In this document: positions 1 to 10,849 of the stretch, piece by piece
Layout: the number at the start of each line of letters is the position of its first letter
Numbering within the stretch: position 1 is the stretch's first letter
Assembly (NCBI GenBank): GCA_001938485.1
Contig: MQRK01217301.1
Coordinates: 55,462-105,709 of the forward strand
Source of the DNA: Girardia tigrina
Lineage: Eukaryota
Length of the DNA: 50,248 nt
Direction: 5' to 3'
Position numbers and translations under genes: made by a program
The notes under the pieces: generated by a model
Databases searched by the model: none
What the model was told of the DNA's origin: nothing
What the model saw: the letters and a program-made list of their open reading frames with translations, nothing else

Positions 1-36
<36 letters not shown>
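1..36. repeat. (AT)n microsatellite (others at 788-822, ~11695-11720, 43661-43701, ~44474-44499, 45511-45549)
   Basis: Perfect AT dinucleotide runs read directly. Confidence 0.95.
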
Positions 37-39
<3 letters not shown>

Positions 40-169
40 CTAATTATAGAACTAAAAATTTTATTAATTAATTTTATTATTCATATGAATTTATATTTAC
101 AAGGAGAGTCGTTCACGAAACCTGTTACACAAAGAATAGGTTAAAGATATTAATTCATTATAATTAATA

Positions 170-720
170 AAGCATAAGAGTGCTTATATCAAATTGTCAC
201 AAATATCTGTTCAAAATATCCATCAATAAGTCAATCAATAAAGTATCGATTATTGAAGGTAAATTATATTTGTGCATTCGTTTTTTTTATTGAGAGATAT
301 TTATTGTATTCTCTACGCATTTTCTGGGAGAAAGCGAATGAAATATCGAGCGACACAGTCGAAATAAAACACAATAATTGTTTAAGCTCTTTTTGGCGTC
401 TTTATTTGCATATTTAAGCTCTAGAGAAAGCTGTGAATTGTGTACATTCGAAGGGTTTTGTTCCAATGACGGAAAAACACTTTCACATTTCTCGGTTGAC
501 CATTCCTGATGGAGCCATTATTCCACTATAACTCGCTAATCAAATATGGATTAAAAAATCAACTAGACTCAGAAAAAATTTATTTCCATGCTTTATGCGG
601 CAGAACTCTAGTTGCCAACAGAATTTGTTTTGTTATCTTTTGTAGAAGAGATAATTACTTTTACATTTTTTAATATATTTATGATGCTATTAGATTTTAT
701 TTCATATAAACTCATGACTT
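170..720 (-). mobile_element. Highly decayed Gypsy-like RT/RNase H remnant
   Basis: Minus-strand peptides SYSGIMAP and FAFSQKMRREYNKYLSIKK resemble the RT-RNase H region. A short DNA match (tctacgcattttc) is shared with the Gypsy remnant at ~11815. Boundaries approximate. Confidence 0.35.
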
Positions 721-786
721 AAAAAATTGAGTTTTCATGAATTATTAAATTTAAAATATTTTTCGAATGCTGTATATTAGTTTGCG

Positions 787-827
<41 letters not shown>

Positions 828-939
828 GTTGGTCCTCTTTATATGCGATTTTAAAGTTATGCGGATATTTTTTCAAAAATTTATCTATTTGTTTGCGTAC
901 ATGTTATCCCTCAAGCGTGCCCTAAGAATACTTAAACCA

Positions 940-1700
940 TGATTTGCGATTTCATGATTGGAAGATAAACTCCAAACTCTGTGTAAAAAGACAACAGATA
1001 CAGTTATCTACAAAACACAACAGGGATTTTATGAGGAAAAATATAGAGTGAGTGTGATAAAGGACTTAGTTCAAAGAGTTTGGAGTTTATCTTCCAATTT
1101 TAAAATCCCAAATCACGGTTTAAATCTCTTATCGGACACTTGATCGATAACATATACACAAACAAAAAGATACATCAAAACGCTAAGGTTACATTGGACA
1201 AATTATGTACAAAAACACAGGCTAAGAAAGGATTAAATAAAGAAAACATTGAAGAGTACAAAAAATAATCCAAATATCATATTATGAAGGATTTAAAGCA
1301 CTTAAGAAAAGTATTTGCACGAATATAAGTAGTGTCAAAGTAGTTTCAATTACATCGAAAATTCAAAGCTTCCTCTCGAATAAATCGAAAACGATGTGGG
1401 GATTGCAAGCTAACCTGGTTTATAAATTTAATTGTCCCAGGTATAAAAATTCGTACGATGTAGAGACCAATCGTCATCTCAAAACCTGGATTAGTGAGCA
1501 TTCAAAATTAAGTCGATTGAATAAGGTTCTTGATCATTGGTTACACTTTAGAAATATAATCCCTCATGTTTGAAAGAATGAGTTTTCTATTTTACAGAAG
1601 AGCTTTGATTCAACTATGAGCGGCAGTTTTGTGAATCATTATTAGTAAGGCACTAAAACCCATTAATAAATTTTAAAAAGGGACAAAGTAAATCTGTTTC
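940..1700 (+). mobile_element. Penelope-like retroelement remnant (RT C-terminus plus GIY-YIG endonuclease), pseudogenised
   Basis: YRVSVIKDLVQRVWSLSSNF resembles the PLE RT thumb. ANLVYKFNCPRYKNSYDVETNRHLKTWISEH (~1409-1501) is a degenerate GIY-YIG motif (VYKFxCxxCxxxYIGETxRHLKTRIxEH), and RQFCESLL (~1621) resembles the final Glu motif. Confidence 0.8.
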
Positions 1701-1919
1701 AAGTGTCGATCAAAATCCGAAACGAGAACGACTTTTGTGTCGGCGATAAAATGACATTTATTTCCAAAAGAAATAACGAACATATTTGTTTATTAACATT
1801 TATTATTTATAATTTTACACTTATTTTTTGTGACCTTGTTTGTAACGTTTAAACAAGTATCTTTATTCAAAATTTTTTAAAGGTTTTTTTGTTTGTCTTT
1901 CAATTATTGGAGCACCACA

Positions 1920-2062
1920 ATGAGGAATATTTTAAATTTTATGAATGTATTTTATGAAACTTTTCGCGTGTTACTGTATGAATGTGTGAATGTTGTGTAT
2001 TGATTTGATTATGTTCAACTTAGAAGTGAGATTCACTGACCCAGATGGAAAGTGGTATTTTT
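1920..2062. repeat. Dispersed ~100-140 bp repeat family, copy A (others 4808-4918 inverted, 9183-9277 inverted, 27387-27447, 48049-48141)
   Basis: Shared ends tgaggaatRtttt ... tgtatgttga ... gtNtctcNcacMcagatggaaRattgatattt aligned by eye across five loci. Confidence 0.7.
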
Positions 2063-2262
2063 GTATTTACAGTGATTGATCATTCGAATATAATTAAAAT
2101 AATAATAAAGAAATGATAATAATTTGATAAGTTAAAATTTTTAAAATTAACAATTAAAATCAAGTTTAATATTTAAAAAAAATTAAATAGATTTGAATAA
2201 AAAAAATTAAATTCATTTTTCACAATTTTATAACATTTTTACTATTCTGAGTTCTTATAAAG

Positions 2263-4053
2263 CAGGGGTCGGCAACCTGCTCTCCATGGGCCGGATTCGG
2301 TCCGCGAAAGAATTTCGGCAAAAATAAATTTAAATAACAGATTATTATAAATTTAATAATCAAAATTTTTTTTATTATTCATTAAAATTCAATATTTAAA
2401 TTAACCCATGAATTCTAAGATCAGGAAAGTAGATGGCGAGTGTCGAATTTTTCAAGATACTTGGACATTTGATTATTTTTTTATCGAGCAAATGGAAAGC
2501 CAATATGTCTTATTTGCCTTGAAAAGGTAGTTGTGAATAAATATCAGACACCAAAACATAACCCACGATTTTGAAAATTTAAAAACAAATACTGGATAAT
2601 CAAGGAGAGATGAAGTTAAGCAGCTTAAATCAAAGTTTGAAAAGCAGAAATCATTTTTTACGAATAAAAAAAGTGAATGTGAAGCTAATACCCGTGCTAG
2701 CTATGAAATCTCAAGACTTATAGCTAAAAAGATGAGACCGTTTACGGATAGTGAATTTGTTAAACAATGTTTAATGGCAATAGTGGATATTTTTTGATCA
2801 GAAAAAAAGTCATTATTTTCTTCCATAAGGCTGTCTGCTTGGACTGTCACAAGAAGCATTGAAGATGTGTCATTAGACGTTAAAAGTTTTTTAATGAACA
2901 CCTGTAGCGAAATTACAATATTTTTAAATTGCAATTGATGGCAGTACAGACTTAAATGCTCAGCTTACAGTATTCGTGAGTGGTATGACTTCGAGTTTCC
3001 ATGTTTTTGAAGAATTTATTTAGTTAATTCATTTGAAGGAAACAGTTAATAGATCAGGCATCTTTGAAGTAGTGATTAATATGATATCCAAAATGAACTT
3101 AGATTTTTGAAAATTAATACGCATCACAATTGATGCTACACCAGCAGAGGAGGAAAAAAGACTTTGTTGAACTATTACAGATACACATGGAAAATCTTGG
3201 ACTTCCACAGAAGATGGTGAAAATTAATTGTATTATTCATCAAGAAGCCTTATGTTCCAAATCTTTGAAACTGAAAAACTTAATAGACATTGTTATGAAG
3301 TTTTTAATCTAATCATATCTTGTTGATTAAGACAATTTTCGGTGGATACAGAGGCTGAATATGGAGACCTAGTCTATTTTTCCAATGTTCGCTGGATAAA
3401 ATTCAATGATCAAAGGACTATTAAAATTACATAATGAAATTGTAAATTTCCTTCAAAGCAAATCAGTGGATCTATCACATTTTCACGATCCTGATTGGCT
3501 TGCATCTTTTGCATTTCTTGTGGACATTACGAGTCATTTAAATAACTTGAATTTATTTTTGCAAGATAAAGCTCAGCTTATAAATAAAATGTTTGACCAT
3601 ATTCTTGCACTCTAAAGAAAACTACACCTGTGGGAATAAGAACTTCAACATGAAAATTATGACATTTTCCATCCCTTCAAGAATACAAACCAAAAAATCC
3701 AGAAATATTTGTGAATATGATCAAGGATCTGAAGAATGAGTTCTCATCTCGTTTCACTGACTTTCGCTTGCACGAAGATGAATTGAAGCTTTTTGCAAAT
3801 TCTTTTGACATGTGCGTGTGTACTGTATCAGAATGCTTTCAAGTGGAGTGGATTGAAATATAACGTGACGACTGATTGAAATTAAAATTTCACGCTGACG
3901 ATGTTCCTTTGCTTGATTTTTATACAAAATACATTTATTCTAATAGGAAGTATCCGAACTTAGTGAAGCACGCAAAAAAAGATGACATCATTGTGAGAAA
4001 TTATTTTCAAAATTGAAATGTACTAAAAACAATTTTAGAACAAGATTAACCGA
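2263..4053 (+). mobile_element. hAT (Buster/SPIN/GTF2IRD2-like) DNA transposon, transposase pseudogene, 3' truncated
   Basis: Left TIR CAGGGGTCGGCAACCTG at 2263, preceded by nnnTAnnn-type 8-mer ttataaag. Broken ORF from ATG 2408: MNSKIRKVDGECRIFQDTW..., KINCIIHQEALCSK, WLASFAFLVDITSHLNNLNLFLQ, CEKLFSKLKCTKNNFRTRLTD. Many stops and frameshifts; no right TIR seen. Confidence 0.9.
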
Positions 4054-4059
4054 CTGTTT

Positions 4060-4700
4060 CCGAATTGTCCGAAAGAAGGGAGCATCTGGGTCCATAGAGA
4101 TGCCTTCGGACTCCAGGATACAGAAAACGCATTCGATTTCTGATTTAAAATATCGACTTTGTTTTCTTTCACACAACACAGTGAGACCGTATCGTTCAAA
4201 ACCATTAAAAACGACTCTTTCTCATTTGGATGCCACCGCAAACCGACGAACTGGCTCTCGGTATTCGGTTTATATTCACAAAATTTCGATTCTCCTCTCT
4301 CCAGCAGCGATCTCTCGACATGTAACAACTCGACAGTCGCCAATCAACCATCATCGGTCACCAAGGCGACCAGCAGAATCGATCCACCGCAACTGAACTC
4401 GATCCAGGTAACACTCAAAAGGAATTTGATCGAGAAAATCGGATCAACACTCACGAGCCCGTCCCTCAAGTCGACCGATTCAACACTCGCTCTCTCGTAC
4501 GATGAGACACTGCAGAAATCCACATCGTTGCCGGCGATCGACGCCACTAATCCCGCCCGGCAATCGATTGCATTATATCGGATGCTTTTCGTGCATTTAG
4601 TCGATGACGGTTTAAATTGATGAAGCGTTTGAAAAATAACGTTTATCGAATTCGATTTGTCGTTAAATCTTTCGAATCTTTCACAGAATACTTTAACCAT
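4060..4700 (-). pseudogene. NUP214/Nup159-like N-terminal beta-propeller fragment with an in-frame TGA
   Basis: ORFs 4344..4850 and 4035..4343 share a frame and are separated by a single TGA (4344-4346). From ATG 4700: AIDCRAGLV...WIEFSCGGSILLVA...GLRWHPNEKESFLMVLNDTVSLCCVKENKVDILNQKSNAFSVSWSPK. This is colinear with NUP214 motifs as recalled (AVSNKYGLV, LALSCD, MKWNP, SVCWSPKGKQ). Confidence 0.65.
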
Positions 4701-5048
4701 TTTTGTATCGATTTTCGAATTGATTTTCGATTTAAAGTTTTTTAAATATCTTATGTTGTACTTTAAATTGCAAATTATACTCGAATAATTATTTATCATG
4801 AACATCCAAAATATCAATTTTCCACCTTGGTGGGAGAAACACATTTCCAAATACTAACTCAACATACAAAATTCAACAAACCAATTTCAACATACCAAAT
4901 TTAAAATATTCCTCACAAAAATAAATATTGAAAAATTCATTTAATTAATAATTTAAAAAAAATATTGAAAATATCTTTTGAAAAATTTTAGAAGTAAAAA
5001 AAATTTGTTTAACATTTACTTAAATTACATATTTAGTAGATCAATCAA

Positions 5049-7415
5049 ATGGACATAAAGCGCACCAAACCAACATGGGTCATTCCAATTAACGATACAC
5101 AGATCCCCGACATCAAGTTGTACAACAGCCTCACCAATCGCAAGGAAATATTCAAGCCGGTAGTTGGAAACCACATCGAGTGGTACAGCTGCGGCCCGAC
5201 CGTCTACGACTCGTCTCACATAGGACACGCCCGCACATACATCTCCATCGACATCATTCGGCGTGTCTTAAAAAACTACTTCAAATTTGATGTGCATTTC
5301 GTGATGAATATCACGGACATCGACGACAAGATCATCAAGCAAGCCCGACAGAAACTCCTCTTCGATCAATATCTTTATAAGCACAATACCTCCTTGACTT
5401 CCGATAGGGCGACACTGACAGCCGATGTCAATCTCTCTAGACAATTCATTAAAACAAAACTTGATCGAGAAAAGAATAATGACAAAAGAGCGATGTATAT
5501 AAGTCAGATGAAACGGATCGATGGGTTTTTGGAAGCCGAGAAAAATGGGGGAAAGATCATGGATAGACTGGATGAGATCCGGGATCCGTTGTCGGACTGG
5601 CTCGATTGGGAGAGAGGAAAGGACGTGACGGACAACTCGATATTTGAGGATTTGCCGAGAATGTACGAGCGAGAGTTTCTCGAGGACATGAAGAACTTGA
5701 ATGTGCTCCCGGCTGATCGATTGATGCGTGTTAGCGAGAATATGAAACAGATTATCGATTTTATAGAGAAAATCATCAAAAATGGATACGCGTACGAAGC
5801 GGATGGATCGGTCTATTTCGATACCGATAAGTTTGATAAGAGTGATAAATTCTTTTACGCGAAATTGTGTCCGATGGCGTTTGCAGGAGAAAGTTTCATG
5901 GCGTTGTTGAAAGAAGGCGAGGGCGTTTTGACAGATCAAGAGACTGAAGAAGGTCAGCCTGTTGACTCTGATAAGAGGAGCGAGGCGGACTTTGCGTTGT
6001 GGAAGAAGTCGAAGGCCGGGGAACCGAGTTGGGATAGTCCGTGGGGCAAGGGTCGACCCGGGTGGCACATCGAGTGCTCGGCGATGGCTGCCGACACTTG
6101 TGGAGATCGATTGGATATTCACACCGGTGGTGTTGACTTGAAGTTTCCGCATCATGATAACGAGATCGCGCAATCGGAGGCGGCATTAGATACACATCAA
6201 TGGGTAAACTATTTCTTGCACACGGGCCATCTCACCATTTACGGTGTCAAGTTGAATAAAAGTCTCAGGAATTTTATTTCTATCCGGGATACTTTGGAAA
6301 ATTATTCAGCACGTCAATTGCGTCTTTTGTTTCTGTTGCAATCTTGGAAAGATACACTCGATTATAGTGATGAAACCATGACTGAGGCTCTTGGATATGA
6401 GAAGTTGGTAATTGACTTCTTTTACACTATTTCCCACACGGTCCAGTATCACAGTCTTAACGATAACCGAGCATCGGTAGAAGATATCGTTTTGAAGAAT
6501 TTCTTTGAGAGTTCTCGTGACCAGGTCCATCAGGCACTTTCTGACTCAATAGATACACGAGAGGTCATGTTCGCTCTGAAGAATCTAATCATTGCAACTA
6601 TCAATTATCGCAAAGAAATCGGCATTAAAAAATCAAACCCAAATCAGTTAAAATCAATCATGAATTACGTTTACGACATATTACTCATGTTCGGCGTAGC
6701 AGATGATTGTACAAATCAATGCGGATTGATCGCATACTCTTATCAAGAGCTTGGTGCTATAATAACTGGAGCAATCAAAGCATCGAAAGAATTTATTGAG
6801 AGTATTGAAAACTTAAATGAAAGTGGTGAAAAGTTCATCCCTGAAATAATCAATAATTTCCTCAAACAGTGTCGTCTAGAATTTAATATCGACGTAAGAT
6901 CATCACCTGTATTTCAGCTGTGCTCTCGGGGGACAATCGATAAATTTTTGATGAATCTTGCTAATCTTCGACAATCGATAAGAGCCGAGAGCCTCAAAAA
7001 CAAGTGGATTGTGTTCCTAAAAGAATGTGATCGCCTCAAGGACGTACAGCTATCAGAGATTGGTGTGAGACTACAGGACTCAGAAGAGAACATACCGATT
7101 GTAGGACTATTACCGATATTGACTCAAGATAAGAAAATAAAAGATAAAAAAAAGAAAGGAAATACGGTACCAGAGAATAAAGAGACTTCAGAACCTGTGA
7201 AGAAATTAAATCATCATGTCGATCCAAAGGAAATGTTCAAGGTTGGACCATACCAGGGACTCTTCTCAACCTTTGATGAGACTGGGTTGCCAGTTCTCGA
7301 CGTTGCCGGAGCGGAGATACCAAAAAATAAACTGAACCAAATGAAGAAGCACCAGCTACAACAACAGCAATCTTTTGACATTTACTTCAAAGATCTGAAT
7401 GAATATTTAATTTAA
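5049..7415 (+). CDS. CARS1: Cysteinyl-tRNA synthetase, eukaryotic cytoplasmic type; intronless divergent paralog (788 aa)
   Basis: Intact ORF with [71 protein letters not shown] (in place of KMSKS), anticodon domain CDRLKD..GVRLQD and eukaryotic C-terminal FDETGLP. AATAAA at 7452-7457. Confidence 0.97.
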   Translation: MDIKRTKPTWVIPINDTQIPDIKLYNSLTNRKEIFKPVVGNHIEWYSCGPTVYDSSHIGHARTYISIDIIRRVLKNYFKFDVHFVMNITDIDDKIIKQARQKLLFDQYLYKHNTSLTSDRATLTADVNLSRQFIKTKLDREKNNDKRAMYISQMKRIDGFLEAEKNGGKIMDRLDEIRDPLSDWLDWERGKDVTDNSIFEDLPRMYEREFLEDMKNLNVLPADRLMRVSENMKQIIDFIEKIIKNGYAYEADGSVYFDTDKFDKSDKFFYAKLCPMAFAGESFMALLKEGEGVLTDQETEEGQPVDSDKRSEADFALWKKSKAGEPSWDSPWGKGRPGWHIECSAMAADTCGDRLDIHTGGVDLKFPHHDNEIAQSEAALDTHQWVNYFLHTGHLTIYGVKLNKSLRNFISIRDTLENYSARQLRLLFLLQSWKDTLDYSDETMTEALGYEKLVIDFFYTISHTVQYHSLNDNRASVEDIVLKNFFESSRDQVHQALSDSIDTREVMFALKNLIIATINYRKEIGIKKSNPNQLKSIMNYVYDILLMFGVADDCTNQCGLIAYSYQELGAIITGAIKASKEFIESIENLNESGEKFIPEIINNFLKQCRLEFNIDVRSSPVFQLCSRGTIDKFLMNLANLRQSIRAESLKNKWIVFLKECDRLKDVQLSEIGVRLQDSEENIPIVGLLPILTQDKKIKDKKKKGNTVPENKETSEPVKKLNHHVDPKEMFKVGPYQGLFSTFDETGLPVLDVAGAEIPKNKLNQMKKHQLQQQQSFDIYFKDLNEYLI

Positions 7416-7514
7416 CTTTTATGCTAATTTGCAATTTTATTTATTTTTTTGAATAAAATATGTGTTTATTTTATTTTTTGCCTAATTTCTGTTAACGATA
7501 TTCTTATATTATTA

Positions 7515-10050
7515 TCCATACAAGTCTTTTATGGTATTGAGACCAAATTGATTGTGAAATTGTTCAAAATCGCGTGCAGTTATATTAAAAGGATGACGAA
7601 CGAGGTGAACTGGGATGGACAAATCTCTGACAATTTCGTGTCCATGATCGTACAAAAGCGAATTCTTATGGAAGGTAATCCAGTGGGGGTGTATGGAAGG
7701 CTCCATCAAATGGAGTCGCAAAGGTATTGTGTAATGCAAGTGGTATTGCCAGTGGTGTTTGTTTAGAAGTGGACGGTCGTATCGTATAACATGGGTCATG
7801 GTTAAGGAAGGTCAACGACAGGGCTCATATCAAACTGGCCGAATTGGATGCAGTGATTCATGGAATAAATTTGGCGATTTCGTAGAAGTTGAAGACCATA
7901 GAAGTGTTAACAGACTCTTCAACGGTGTACAGTCATTAATTTCAGGGGATAAACCTATCCATATCAATGACTTTGATGAAGTACTGGCAAGGCGCAGGTT
8001 GGCAATGATCGAAGATGTGATGATGGAAAATGACTTGGTGGTAACCGTTGATCAGGTAAAGTCTGGGGAAAACAAAGCAGACGCACTGACTCGAGTGCCA
8101 CGGTCATGGTTAGTTAAGGCTGTTGCGTTGGTCGCCATAGATGAACGGAGAATTTTCACTATTTTGGAATAGACAAAACGTTGTATCTTGCACGTCGTAT
8201 TATCCTGACATGGTGGTTCATCAAGACGTCGTAAGGAAGATGGTGGAGTCGAGCAATAGATGCTGGTCTATCGATCCTGCTCTAATGTAATGGAATAAAG
8301 GAGAATTGGAAGTCGCAGAAAATTGGGATTGTGTCGCGTGTTACGTAACATACTATAGTGATGGAAAGTATCTTACTTTAGAAAACTGGGGACCGAGTCG
8401 TTTCGCGCTGTGGAGAAGAATACCGCCTGAAACTGATGACAGTATCGCGGAACAACATGATAAGATATTTCGAGAGCATGAACCGCCCAGACCATTGTTG
8501 TTAGACAATGGTGCATTTTTCAGAAAACAATTGATCGAAAAATTATATGTATCAAAGTAGAAGGTGGAGCTGATTATAGACCAGCCGGGAACGGCATAGT
8601 CGAGAGGAACCACAGGACGATCAATCGGATGGCTGCAGGGAGCGGCCGAGGCGTATTGGATATGGTATATTGGTACAACCTGGCGCCAATGAGTGGAAAG
8701 AACTCCGAAGTGACGCCTAGTATTTCAATATTTAAATATAAATGGATGATTCCTGTCTTGCAACCTAAACAAGTTAATTTTAATAATATTGGAAAATTTT
8801 CAGCTGGGGAACAAGTATACGATAAAATTAATATTCATTAAAGATATAAATAATACTTATTAACAACATCAATATGAGGTTTACAACATTTATTATTACC
8901 ACAAGCGCACTCACTATTTGACATCTCTCTTGATTAATATATTTCTGAGTTCAAACTAATTATTTTCAATAAATGAAAATATATTAATAAAAATTATTAA
9001 TTATAAAGAATCTAATTGGTTGAAATTAAATCTAAACATTTTTTTTAAAAAAAAGAACATATTAAATTAATATATTAAAATTTTAAATTACATTAAAAAA
9101 TAAATAATACATTCAATAATTATTTAAAATCTTTTTTACTTTAAAATTAAAATAAATTATTTATAATTAGTAAGAATCAAAGAAAATATCGATCATCCAT
9201 CTGTGTAGGAGAGGCACAATCCGAATCAACATACAACATGCACAATATCAACACACAATTCAAAACATTCCTCACATTACGGATAAAATAATAAGAGATT
9301 TGTGTGAAGAAAGTAAACAGATATAATAAAATTATAAATAAAAAGAATAAAAATCTAAAAAAAAGGTTATAAAAGGAAGAAGATTTTAAAAATCCAGGAA
9401 CACAAAAAATTATTTTATCTTTTAAAGTTCAGAAAGAAGATTTTAAAGGTTAAAGTGCATAATAACCACCTACAAAGATTTTGAAAAATTACATCATACG
9501 TGGTCGTGTATTAACAATACCGAATTCTTGATGACGCATATATTACTCACCAGCAGAGATAATTTATTTCAAGAATTCGATATAAATATTTGCGAGCAAT
9601 ATCATAGATCAGGCAAAATACTGATCACTGGGATCATCGAATGGAGAAAGAGAAAAAGAAAAAAGTTTAAAATTTAATTAAAGGTGCGGGAAATTTATAA
9701 TTATCCCCTAATATATAATTATATATTTTCAGTTAATATATTTTATATATATTTAAAATCACCTAGGAGTAAGCGAATTTCGTTTCTCCTTTTTACCCAA
9801 CTTATAAATTCTAATAAATAAGGTTAAGTCAATTTCAAAATCTGTGTAAATATTTTGATCTTCAATAAATATTTTATTAAAAGAACTTCTTGATTTTTTT
9901 GTTTTAACTTAAATATCACCTCGATACCCAACAAGAAGATCGAAGCGATCGTGCCGTAGACCTGCATGGTAGAGTGACTATTCCATATGATCTAGAGATC
10001 AGGGGGAGATGTGTTAAATTAATGAATATTTATTAATTTATTTAAATTAA
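7515..10050 (+). mobile_element. Decayed Gypsy LTR retrotransposon 3' half (RNase H, integrase, PPT, start of 3' LTR), interrupted ~8830-9900
   Basis: RNase H-like ASGIASGVCLEVDG..SWLRKVNDRAHIKLAELDAVIHGINLA..VLTDSSTV and ENKADALTRVP. Integrase-like GPSRFALWRRI..LLDNGAFFR..RPAGNGIVERNHRTI. Pol tail PTRRSKRSCRRPAW*SDY (~9927-9985), then polypurine tract AGGGGGAGA (10001-10009) and TG at 10010. Confidence 0.85.
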
Positions 10051-10164
10051 TTTGTTTAAATCGTCAGTTGTCCTTGAAATATAAAATTTTGAAATTGCAA
10101 CTTATTCTTTCTGATTTATTTTCCAGAACAGATAATTTGTTTAAAATTTTATAATTGTTTATTG

Positions 10165-10530
10165 AAGTATGTGTTACCTTCATCGATCTATAAAGGCTTT
10201 TGAAGGTGTCCCTAGTGAAGTTTTGCGGACCAGTCTGAAAAGATATGGTTTAATCGACAAACTTCTTTATTATTTTCACAATCCGACGGTAGTTGAATAT
10301 GGTTCCTGGGTAGACTTTGAGATAACCGGAGACCAGGTACCGTGTTGGGTGCTGCTGGCTTGGGGTTTGAGCGGAATAGGTACAGAGAGGCTCTTGGAAA
10401 CGGAATTACTGTCAATGTTGGGTGGTGTTCACATCGGTGTCGGCGGAGCAAATCCAACTTTTGAAGCGAATCGGGTCAATAAGACCGCCGAAAAGCTGGC
10501 CTTGATGATAAAATAAACAAAGCAAATGAC
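10165..10530 (+). mobile_element. Non-LTR (RTE-like) reverse transcriptase fragment
   Basis: VTFIDL / KAFEGVPSEVLRTSLKRYGLIDKL (FIDLxKAFDxV motif split by a frameshift) and NRVNKTAEKLALMIK*TKQM (GLxINxxKTKxM-like). Confidence 0.7.
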
Positions 10531-10589
10531 GAGATCAGTAATAAATCAGTCAGAATAAGGGCCGAAAGTGGTAAAAACTAGGGTACCTT

Positions 10590-10845
10590 CCACGCCGTCA
10601 CGCACAGTAGATCAAGATTTTACAGTCGAGTTTGACGGGACATCTTGGTCAAATACCAGGTACCACCGGTACACAATAGCTTGGCAGAATTCACATCAAT
10701 ATTTTAAGCTGATGTAAATGTAGAGCTACAGGATTGGAAGATGATGGGGTTCCTATGCCCACAGCTGTCGACACTATCACTCAAGAAGCTAAAGAAAACA
10801 TCTTACCTATTCTCGACTACAAGGAAATCAACGATTCGATTTATA
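10590..10845 (+). mobile_element. Gypsy RT N-terminal fragment, probably the same family as the 7515-10050 element
   Basis: DQDFTVEFDGTSW ... ELQDWKMMGFL ... ILPILDYKEIN (RPVLDYRELN-like). Confidence 0.6.
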
Positions 10846-10849
10846 GCCC

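Noticed and set aside
4344-4346. In-frame TGA as selenocysteine or a reassigned codon linked to the variant CysRS
   Set aside because: No SECIS seen, the position is not a recognisable conserved Cys/Trp, the canonical CysRS itself ends in TGA, and other relics contain TAA/TAG stops too.
4013-4620. Plus-strand ORFs 4013..4396 and 4159..4620
   Set aside because: Shadows of the minus-strand NUP214-like frame, with a few codons of hAT transposase at the start.
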